This document shows, in pieces, positions 20,256-27,658 of a stretch of DNA of 64,000 nt. Below the pieces are notes generated by a model. It searched no databases, was not told where the DNA came from, and worked only from the letters and a program-made list of their open reading frames with translations. The translations under genes and the position numbers were made by a program. The DNA is from an uncultured Candidatus Saccharibacteria bacterium (GTDB taxonomy: Bacteria > Patescibacteriota > Saccharimonadia > Saccharimonadales > CAZICT01). How positions within the stretch are numbered: position 1 is the stretch's first letter; every line of letters begins with the position of its first letter. The stretch is taken from contig CAZICT010000004.1 in NCBI GenBank assembly GCA_964537935.1, positions 24,760-88,759 on the forward strand, written 5' to 3'.

Positions 20256-21578
20256 ATGCGATGCCCTAATTGCAGCAACAATCTATCTAAAAGTAGTGAC
20301 AGGTTAATGTGTCATAACTGCTTTTATACGGCCGATTCCGCGCAGCAGACTTTTAAGGCGAAGAAAAAACCTAGATTCAGGCTGAATGTAGCCAACCGCA
20401 CAGCCAAAATAACCATAGCAGTGGTGCTGCTTATAAATATTTCTCTGGCCGGCACCTTAACCTATCAAAATTATCGAGCCAACCGGGCTTTGGCACAGGC
20501 GTCTAAGAGCGTATCAGACGGTAAATACAGCTTGGCGCTTGAACAGCTGCAGGACAGCGGCGGTTTGTATATATTCTCCAGCTTGAACGACCGTATCGAT
20601 ACTCTGCGTAATCAGTCGGAGCGTTGGGCAAAAGACACGGAATCGCTTGAACAAGCCACAGCCTTGGCCGAAGCAGGCGAGCTGAATAAGGCTATCGAGC
20701 TGCTTAACTCAATAAGCGAAGATTTCCCTAATGCCGATTTGGCTAGCCAGCAACTGGCGGCGCTGCGTAAGCAACTGGAGCCAAAGAAAAAAGACAATCT
20801 ACCAAAATTAGACACAGAAAACCAGGCTCAGGCGCAACCGCGACAGCCAGACACCTCCAATAACCAGCCTGCGCCTCAGCAACCGCAACCTACTACACCT
20901 TCATTAGAGCAGCTGGTCGCATCAGCCAATCAGCGACTAGCTCGATACGGTGTTACCGTAACGCTTGACCCGCCAGCCGACACTTACGGTTATGTGAAGT
21001 GGGCTAAGCTTACGCCAGCCGATGCGGAAAAACTACGGATTTTCAGCGATATCCTGGTACAGGAATTTTCTAAGTACCCTGTAGATTTTGTGAAAAATTC
21101 AAAACTCAAATATATCGGAGCGGTTAAAAACGTTAATGTTGTCGGACAGATAAGATCAGCCTCAGCTACCCCGTACGATAATACAATGCTATATGATGCA
21201 GTCACTCTAGGTAATACCTGGGACTATTCATACCATGTGGTCAGTCACGAATATTGGCACTTCATAGATTTTAAGCTTAAAAACAGCTACGACTATGCAG
21301 ACGCAGCCTGGAGCAAGTGCAATCCATCGGGTTTTAAGTATGGCGACGGCGGCATCACCACCTATGATGATCCGAACTTTTCAAATAAATTTCATCCTTC
21401 AAGCGGATTTATAACCACTTATGCTACATATGGAATCGAAGAAGACAGGGCGGATATGTTCGGCTGGATGATTTATCAGCCGGCCAAAGTGCGGGCGCTT
21501 AATGACAGTGGAATTAACTGCAAGATAAACAGGTTAACACAAATAGTCCGCACCTTAAGCCCGTCCATGTCGTTGTAG
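20256..21578 (+). CDS. zinc-ribbon / single-TM / extracytoplasmic HExxH putative metallopeptidase
   Basis: N-terminal CPNC...CHNC zinc ribbon, TM helix ITIAVVLLINISLAGTLTY, a helical region, a P/Q-rich linker (QPAPQQPQPTTP), and a C-terminal domain with SHEYWHF (HExxH) and downstream EEDRADMFGW. Confidence 0.55.
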   Translation: MRCPNCSNNLSKSSDRLMCHNCFYTADSAQQTFKAKKKPRFRLNVANRTAKITIAVVLLINISLAGTLTYQNYRANRALAQASKSVSDGKYSLALEQLQDSGGLYIFSSLNDRIDTLRNQSERWAKDTESLEQATALAEAGELNKAIELLNSISEDFPNADLASQQLAALRKQLEPKKKDNLPKLDTENQAQAQPRQPDTSNNQPAPQQPQPTTPSLEQLVASANQRLARYGVTVTLDPPADTYGYVKWAKLTPADAEKLRIFSDILVQEFSKYPVDFVKNSKLKYIGAVKNVNVVGQIRSASATPYDNTMLYDAVTLGNTWDYSYHVVSHEYWHFIDFKLKNSYDYADAAWSKCNPSGFKYGDGGITTYDDPNFSNKFHPSSGFITTYATYGIEEDRADMFGWMIYQPAKVRALNDSGINCKINRLTQIVRTLSPSMSL

Positions 21579-21692
21579 CGGGGCGGATATACCTTAATCT
21601 CACGCGCGTTGCATATATTTTTAAGGTAAAGATAAACCAGACCTAATGATTAATAACAAATCTGCCTATGTGATTTAAAGGGGCGCGCTTAA

Positions 21693-21727
21693 AACTCGGA
21701 GTCGACTCCGATTTGACTCCGAGTCTT
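21693..21727. promoter_or_regulatory. palindrome plus direct repeat (TCGGAGTC|GACTCCGA ttt GACTCCGAGT)
   Basis: A 16-nt perfect palindrome lies at 21696-21711. GACTCCGA is repeated 3 nt later, so ACTCGGAGTC (21694-21703) can pair with either copy. Confidence 0.35.
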
Positions 21728-21792
21728 AAGGCTATGGTAATTGCTATATGAAAGTCGCATAGAGTGGTAGTTATTGCATCGTTGCCTGCCGG

Positions 21793-21832
21793 CTCTTTTG
21801 GCTATTTTGTATCATTTACAAAAGAGTTTTTT
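21793..21832 (+). terminator. hairpin + T6 (plus-strand terminator-like)
   Basis: CTCTTTTG (21793-21800) pairs with CAAAAGAG (21819-21826), followed by TTTTTT. The 18-nt loop is large, which lowers confidence. Confidence 0.4.
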
Positions 21833-21860
21833 AAAACACTTGTCAGGTATCTATTAAGCT

Positions 21861-21880
21861 AACTCAGCTTCTGAGTTTTT
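21861..21880 (+). terminator. hairpin + T-run
   Basis: AACTCAG-ctt-CTGAGTT followed by TTT. It lies 17 nt beyond the stop of the minus-strand gene 21897-22895, but the T-run is on the plus strand. Confidence 0.4.
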
Positions 21881-21896
21881 AGCGCTTAGAGGGCTT

Positions 21897-22895
21897 TTAG
21901 TCTATGGCTATATAGTCAAAGCTGAAGTTAGAACCGGCCGGTGGCGGCGAAGAAGTACAAACACTAAAGCTGGTTGTCGTGCGGTTGACGTAGAAGTTGA
22001 TGGCACCGGCTGCAGAACCTACAGGAGTTACTACAACGTGCGGTGTTCCGGTAAACGGCTGAGTAAAGTTAATCGTAGCAAAGCAACCTGCACCAGGGCC
22101 GCCGCCGGTATTGATAGTCACGGTTCCGGCTGTGTCGGATCCGCTAACCGATGCAGTACCGCCGCTACCAAGCGCACTACCGTTTGAAAGACCAGGCGTA
22201 CCGCCGCCGGCGTCAATGTGGCGGGTAATGGTTAAGTCACCTGTAACCTGAAAACTCTCAACTGTAATCTGCGGCGCAGAAATAGGACCGCCAAACGTAG
22301 CGCCGCCGCTGACAGTGAGGTTTTGCTGCACGGTTAATGCTCCCTGGATGTTGGTATCACCGGCTATAGAAAGGTTATTTGCTTGAATTTGATCAAAGTT
22401 ACTTGTTCCGGATACGGTAATTCCCGGCAGACTTAGATCTCCACCGACTCTAATCGTTCCGGCCACGTCCAGACTGTCACGGATGAGTACTTTTCCGGCA
22501 AAGACAGAGTTTGATTCGATATTCAATGTCTGCTTGGGGTCACCAACGGTTGCTTCGCTTCCGCTTAGTTCTTCTATTGTCTCCGGATTCAGCTCCGCTA
22601 TGTTTATCGCGGGCTCATTGAGTACTTGCTGGTTTCGCCGGACACCAATAAATATAATCATTCCGGTAAGCAGCAATATAAAAATAAACAGAAGCAGGTA
22701 AATATTGAGCCGGCTTATAAGCTCGCGTATCCGGTGACCTTTGGGGCGTTTTGTCGATGTGGTTGGCTTTTCGGGCTTTTCTGCTGCGGCATCACTTGAA
22801 AGAGCGTTTACATCGTGCTCTTGAGTTTCAGCTTGCGTATCCTGCTGTTCCAGCGAGCTGTTGGAGTCGGCGTTTTCCTCGGGTTTATTTTCCAT
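21897..22895 (-). CDS. TM-anchored extracellular beta-helix repeat protein with C-terminal H-type-lectin-like domain
   Basis: Acidic N-terminus, a basic stretch KRPKGHRIRELISR, and TM helix IYLLLFIFILLLTGMIIFIGV. It has short G/V/T-rich repeats (LDVAGTIRVGGDLSLPGITVSGTSNF...IAGDTNIQGALTVQQNLTVSGGATFGG). The C-terminus ATINFTQPFTGTPHVVVTPVG...FYVNRTTTSFSV...FSFDYIAID is like the H-type lectin pattern. Confidence 0.6.
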   Translation of the reverse strand: MENKPEENADSNSSLEQQDTQAETQEHDVNALSSDAAAEKPEKPTTSTKRPKGHRIRELISRLNIYLLLFIFILLLTGMIIFIGVRRNQQVLNEPAINIAELNPETIEELSGSEATVGDPKQTLNIESNSVFAGKVLIRDSLDVAGTIRVGGDLSLPGITVSGTSNFDQIQANNLSIAGDTNIQGALTVQQNLTVSGGATFGGPISAPQITVESFQVTGDLTITRHIDAGGGTPGLSNGSALGSGGTASVSGSDTAGTVTINTGGGPGAGCFATINFTQPFTGTPHVVVTPVGSAAGAINFYVNRTTTSFSVCTSSPPPAGSNFSFDYIAID

Positions 22896-23040
22896 AATAT
22901 GCTTAAGCTTTTCTTTAATGACACTATATAGGAAACAGACGCCATATCAAAATAAATTTAAGGCTCTATGACACTACATAATCGTAAAAACCATAAACAG
23001 ATTGAATTTTTCAGGCTCATCATGCACAATATCGTCTGAA

Positions 23041-23784
23041 ATGAGCGTGCATAAACAAAAAGGAGCATTATCAATAGTCACGGCGCTGGTATTGTTGTTC
23101 CAGGCGCCGGTTTTTGCGCAGACTTCTTCATCGCCAAATTACCGGGTTGATCAGACGATATTCAGCAGCGGAAGCCAGAACGAGGCTTGTTCCGATGAAT
23201 TCTGTTCAGACCAGACAGTCGGCGACCTGACGGTGGGCAATACGCAAGGTAATTTGTACCAGGCTTATGCCGGTTTCAATACGACGGATGAGCCTTTTCT
23301 TGAATTTGTTGTTACCAGCTCAAATATTGATCTGGGTTATCTGGATCCGGGTGAAACGAGCACGGCTAACGGGACATTTTACGTTCGGGCGTGGCAAGCA
23401 AGCGGTTACGTTGTGCAGACTGTGTCAGATCCGCCGACTAATATTCATAGCTCTTCGCATCAAATAGATCCGTTAACTTCACCGTCAGCTTCAAGCGAAG
23501 GCACCGAACAGTTCGGTATGAACCTGGTGGCTAATACCGATCCGGAAACTTTTGGGGCCGATCCGCAACAGGTACCGGACAATACCTTTTCGTTTGGTCA
23601 GGTAGCTGCGGATTACGACACGCCCAATCTGTTTAAATACCAAAAAAACGACGTAGTAGCTTTTTCCAGCCAGAGTACCAGCGTGACTATCTACACTATT
23701 TCTTACATATTTAACATTGATTTTGCTACTCCTTCCGGTCAATATGACTTTGCTCACACGCTTGTTGCAACAGGTACATATTAA
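23041..23784 (+). CDS. secreted single-domain member of the surface-protein paralog family
   Basis: I prefer the ATG at 23041 (MSVHKQKGALSIVTALVLLFQAPVFAQT signal peptide) over the track TTG at 23002. It shares GTEQFGMNLVANT and the terminal strand HTLVATGTY with the following three genes, and matches only their C-terminal domain. Confidence 0.7.
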   Translation: MSVHKQKGALSIVTALVLLFQAPVFAQTSSSPNYRVDQTIFSSGSQNEACSDEFCSDQTVGDLTVGNTQGNLYQAYAGFNTTDEPFLEFVVTSSNIDLGYLDPGETSTANGTFYVRAWQASGYVVQTVSDPPTNIHSSSHQIDPLTSPSASSEGTEQFGMNLVANTDPETFGADPQQVPDNTFSFGQVAADYDTPNLFKYQKNDVVAFSSQSTSVTIYTISYIFNIDFATPSGQYDFAHTLVATGTY

Positions 23785-23846
23785 TCCCTTGTGCACAACT
23801 GTGGATAACCTACCCCTGAAAACGCTTGCGTTTATAAACTAAGTCG

Positions 23847-23855
23847 TGATACATT
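23847..23855 (+). promoter_or_regulatory. extended -10-like element TGATACATT
   Basis: Lies 42 nt upstream of the 23897 ATG. A near-identical TGATACTTT precedes the paralog at 25309. Confidence 0.35.
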
Positions 23856-23896
23856 TCAACTGCTAATACAAAATAAAAACCATACAAGGAGAATCT

Positions 23897-25105
23897 ATGG
23901 TTATAGCAGATAAACTGCGAAAGCCTTCGGCGTTGGCTGCAGCTAGTTTATTGTTTGTGGCGAGCTTAGTGCCGCTGCTCGGACAACAAACAGTAAACGC
24001 GTACGGTCTACTCGGCGATCGCAATATACAATTAAGTAGCTCAGTGGCGGACGCCACAGGCGTCACATACCTGGTCAGTTTTGAAGTTGCTACAGGTACA
24101 CCGGCCGGAGATTTCGAGGGTGTAGTAGTGGACTTTTGTGACAGTCCTATCATTGGCGATACTTGTAATGCGCCGGCAGGATTTACCCTGGCATCAGCTA
24201 CGGTATCTAACCAAACGGGTATAACTGGATTTACTGAAAGCGCGGATCCAGACAACGATGCCAACACGTTGATACTAACTAACTCAGCAGCTGCACAGCT
24301 TAATAGTGGCGATCCTGTGACGATTACTGTTGATGACGTAGAAAACCCAACAGCGGTGGGAACATTTTACGCACGTATCTTAACTTTTGACACAGAGGCA
24401 AATGCAGAAAACTATACTTCAACAGCTGCTGAAGGCGGCACAGGAGCGATTGATGCAGGTGGTGTTGCCCTTAGTACTGCGGCACAAATCACTATTACAT
24501 CAAAGGTTCAGGAACGCCTTGAGTTCTGTGTATATACCACAGGTGCAGGCAACAACTGTACTGGCAAATCAGGCACAGCCGTAACCTTAGGTGATGACAA
24601 CGGTGTGCTTTCTACTTCGGGCGAGTTTGTGGACAAGAATGCGAAATACTCCGTAACCTCAAACGCTGTAGGCGACGTAGCTATCCGAGCTAAAGGTTCA
24701 ACGCTCACTAGCGGAACATTCACTATCGATCCTATAGGCGGCGGTACTGGACCTGCAGTAACCAACCCAGGCACTGAACAGTTCGGTTTCTGTACATATG
24801 AATCAACGGCTGCCAGTGACGGAAGCGTATTTACGGCTGCCGCAAACTATAGTGGACTCAATGGTGGTTCAGATTGCTCTAGCACTACGCAAACCGCTGG
24901 TACTGGTACGCCAGGCGGAGCTAACGGCTCACAGTTCGGTTTCATAACTGCCAACCTTAACTCTACCTACGGTGATCTAATAGCTACCAAAGAGGCAGGT
25001 GACTATTCAACTGGCACCCTGGCTTTCATGGGTAACATTAGCAACACCACAGAAGCTGGTATTTACACCACGACTATGACTTTCATCGCAACAGGTACTT
25101 ACTAA
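23897..25105 (+). CDS. secreted two-domain surface protein, paralog B (candidate major subunit)
   Basis: AAGGAG RBS. Signal peptide ending VNA-YG. T/G/A/S-rich with paired Cys. Blocks FCDSPIIGDTCNAPAGF, FYARILTFDT, VQERLEFCVYTTGAGNNC and GTEQFGF, and terminal AGIYTTTMTFIATGTY. It is followed by a strong terminator. Confidence 0.75.
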   Translation: MVIADKLRKPSALAAASLLFVASLVPLLGQQTVNAYGLLGDRNIQLSSSVADATGVTYLVSFEVATGTPAGDFEGVVVDFCDSPIIGDTCNAPAGFTLASATVSNQTGITGFTESADPDNDANTLILTNSAAAQLNSGDPVTITVDDVENPTAVGTFYARILTFDTEANAENYTSTAAEGGTGAIDAGGVALSTAAQITITSKVQERLEFCVYTTGAGNNCTGKSGTAVTLGDDNGVLSTSGEFVDKNAKYSVTSNAVGDVAIRAKGSTLTSGTFTIDPIGGGTGPAVTNPGTEQFGFCTYESTAASDGSVFTAAANYSGLNGGSDCSSTTQTAGTGTPGGANGSQFGFITANLNSTYGDLIATKEAGDYSTGTLAFMGNISNTTEAGIYTTTMTFIATGTY

Positions 25106-25177
25106 GCAGAACGACTACAGACGAAGCAATTAAAACTATAGAGTAGAACGAAAACGTAACAATTTAGTCTTACTCCG

Positions 25178-25210
25178 ATACAGCGCTCATAAACGAGCGC
25201 TGTATTTTGT
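25178..25210 (+). terminator. intrinsic terminator after paralog B
   Basis: An 11-bp perfect stem ATACAGCGCTC / GAGCGCTGTAT with loop ATAAAC, running into TTTTGTTG. Confidence 0.75.
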
Positions 25211-25243
25211 TGTGGATAAATGCTTGTGTTTAAAAAAGTTAAA

Positions 25244-25252
25244 TGATACTTT
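25244..25252 (+). promoter_or_regulatory. extended -10-like element TGATACTTT
   Basis: Lies 57 nt upstream of the 25309 ATG and downstream of the paralog-B terminator. It is the same motif as at 23847. Confidence 0.35.
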
Positions 25253-25308
25253 AAGAACGTTACGTTAAAAAAATTAAAAACACTCGAACAAAACAAAGGA
25301 GTAAGACA

Positions 25309-26523
25309 ATGTTACGTTCGTTACAATTGCGAAGACCAGCGTATGCGGTCTCCGCGTTAGTACTTGCATTTGCAAGCCTACTTCCGTTTACGTTATCTCA
25401 AAGTGCGAGCGCGTACGGGATAGTAGGAGACAGATATATTAAAATAAGTGATTCTACTAACGGATTCGCTGACGCAATTTACGAGGTGGGGTTTGAGACC
25501 TCAACCGCAGATGACGTTGGTGGAGTAGTCATAGAATTTTGTTCCAACAGTCCTATTATTGGAGACGCATGTACTGCGCCGGCAGGATTCACGGTTGATG
25601 ACGATAACCTGCTACTTGATAGTCAAACTGGCTTGACAGGTTTTAGCGTTGACACGACCAATTCAACCGTTAACAGGATTATATTGACAAGAACTCCTGC
25701 AGCTGATGGCGGAGGTACTTCGGCTGTATTCGTGTTCGGTGATGGCGGGGCAAACGGTATAACCAACCCGACGACTACCAATACAACATTTTACGGCCGT
25801 ATCCTAACATTCGATACTCAGGCTGGTGCTCAACAATATGCTCCGACTGATATAGATAATGGCGGCGCTAACACAGTGGTTGATGCCGGAGGTGTGGCTC
25901 TTAGTACGGTGGCACAAATTACCGTGACTGCAAAGGTTCAGGAGCGCTTAGTATTTTGTGTATACACTACCGGTGCAGGAAATGACTGTAACGCCAAATC
26001 AGGAACGGCTGTAACCTTAGGAGATGAAAACGGTGTGCTGTCTGCTGCCGGAGAGTTTGTAGATACGACAGCTAAGTTTTCTATCCAAACTAATGCCACC
26101 GGAGATGCTGTCGTACGAATGAAGGGCGACACGCTCACATCAGGTTCCTACACGATTGATGCTGCAGGAGACACGGCTCTTTCCACGCCTGCTGCACCTG
26201 CTGAATTCTTTGGTATGTGTAACTACCAAAGCGCCGGAACCGGATTAGCTGCTGACGGTCCATATGACGGTGGAACTGGAGATTGCAGTACTACTACAAA
26301 CACTTCCGGTACGGCCTCAACTGGTGGGTCTGGAACTGCTCAATTCGCTTTTGACACAGATCCTGCGAACGGTACAGGCTCAACCTATGGACAAGCCATA
26401 GCCACCAAGGCGGCAGGCGATTTCTCTACAGGCACACTTGCATTTGTCGGTCAAGTTGCTAATACTACTGAAGCAGGAATTTACACAACAACGCTTACAT
26501 TCATAGCGACCGGCACTTACTAA
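25309..26523 (+). CDS. secreted two-domain surface protein, paralog C
   Basis: AAGGAG RBS. Signal peptide ending ASA-YG. By eye, roughly half to two-thirds of positions are identical to paralog B. Blocks FCSNSPIIGDACTAPAGF, FYGRILTFDT and VQERLVFCVYTTGAGNDC, and terminal AGIYTTTLTFIATGTY. Confidence 0.75.
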   Translation: MLRSLQLRRPAYAVSALVLAFASLLPFTLSQSASAYGIVGDRYIKISDSTNGFADAIYEVGFETSTADDVGGVVIEFCSNSPIIGDACTAPAGFTVDDDNLLLDSQTGLTGFSVDTTNSTVNRIILTRTPAADGGGTSAVFVFGDGGANGITNPTTTNTTFYGRILTFDTQAGAQQYAPTDIDNGGANTVVDAGGVALSTVAQITVTAKVQERLVFCVYTTGAGNDCNAKSGTAVTLGDENGVLSAAGEFVDTTAKFSIQTNATGDAVVRMKGDTLTSGSYTIDAAGDTALSTPAAPAEFFGMCNYQSAGTGLAADGPYDGGTGDCSTTTNTSGTASTGGSGTAQFAFDTDPANGTGSTYGQAIATKAAGDFSTGTLAFVGQVANTTEAGIYTTTLTFIATGTY

Positions 26524-26536
26524 TAAAGGAGACAAC

Positions 26537-27595
26537 ATGTTAAGGCACCTTGCTACCTCTACTGTAAAAGTATTGGTAGCAGGTGTTTTTGCTTTGACTG
26601 TTATTTATTCGGCACTTGCACCCTCGCACACGGTAGCGGCTCCTTTGTTAAGCTCCAGGTTTGATAGGATGTCAAATCCAAGAGCCGGAGAAACTTCGAT
26701 TCATAACATCGGAATGACTATTAATGAAGTGTCAACAGTGCTAGGTTCTGTTGAAATTACTTTTTGTAGCAACTCACCAATTTTGGGCGACGTATGTACG
26801 GCACCCCCAGGGTTTGATGCGCTGACAGCTACATATCAAAACGAAGTCGGTAATTCGGGCTTTAGCATTCATCCAAACTCAACAGCAAACAGGATAATAC
26901 TAACGCGCTTTCCAATCCTGCCGACTAGTACAAACTTCTCTTTTGAGCTCGCCGGGGTGACTAATCCGAGCGTACCAGGATCTCATTATCTGCGTTTGCA
27001 GACTTATGCGACAGAGGATGCTACCGGAACAGCTACCGAAGAGGGAGGTATAGCCATTTCAATTAGCAGCGGATTTGATGTATCGGCTGAAGTTCCGCCG
27101 TATCTAAAATTTTGTGCCGGGGCAACTATTACCGGGTATGACTGCGCGTCTGCAACCAGTTTCTTGCTGGATTTAGGAGATTTCTCTACGCAAGAAACAA
27201 GTACGGCTTCATCACAGTTTGTAGTAGCTACTAATGCCGGTTCCGGATTTAACGTTACTATGGCCGGTACGACGCTTACCTCAGGTAATAATATAATCCC
27301 CGGTGTTAACAACGCTTCTTCGAGCGTAGGAACTAGCCAGTTCGGCGTAAACCTTCGTGCCAACACAAATCCGGTAATAGGTATTGAGCCAGTAGGGCCG
27401 GGGGCTGCACTGGTGCGGCCAAATTATAATATTCCTAACGTGTTTAGATTTGTGCCTAACGAATCAATTGTTCACGGAACGGGCACTACCGATAACCGCA
27501 AGTTTACGATGAGTTTTATAACAAACATTAGCAATAACCAACCGGCTGGAGTTTATGCTACAACATTGTCATTCATATGCTTGGCAAACTTTTAG
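26537..27595 (+). CDS. secreted two-domain surface protein, paralog D (more divergent)
   Basis: Starts 13 nt after paralog C (AAGGAG RBS). It has a signal peptide. Blocks FCSNSPILGDVCTAPPGF, RIILTR, HYLRLQTYAT, YLKFCAG and GTSQFGVNLRANT, and terminal AGVYATTLSFICLANF. Confidence 0.72.
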   Translation: MLRHLATSTVKVLVAGVFALTVIYSALAPSHTVAAPLLSSRFDRMSNPRAGETSIHNIGMTINEVSTVLGSVEITFCSNSPILGDVCTAPPGFDALTATYQNEVGNSGFSIHPNSTANRIILTRFPILPTSTNFSFELAGVTNPSVPGSHYLRLQTYATEDATGTATEEGGIAISISSGFDVSAEVPPYLKFCAGATITGYDCASATSFLLDLGDFSTQETSTASSQFVVATNAGSGFNVTMAGTTLTSGNNIIPGVNNASSSVGTSQFGVNLRANTNPVIGIEPVGPGAALVRPNYNIPNVFRFVPNESIVHGTGTTDNRKFTMSFITNISNNQPAGVYATTLSFICLANF

Positions 27596-27658
27596 TTGTC
27601 GTGCTACCATTAGCGTATTCAACTATTTAAGGTAACAAAAGAGGAAGGTAACAAAAGT

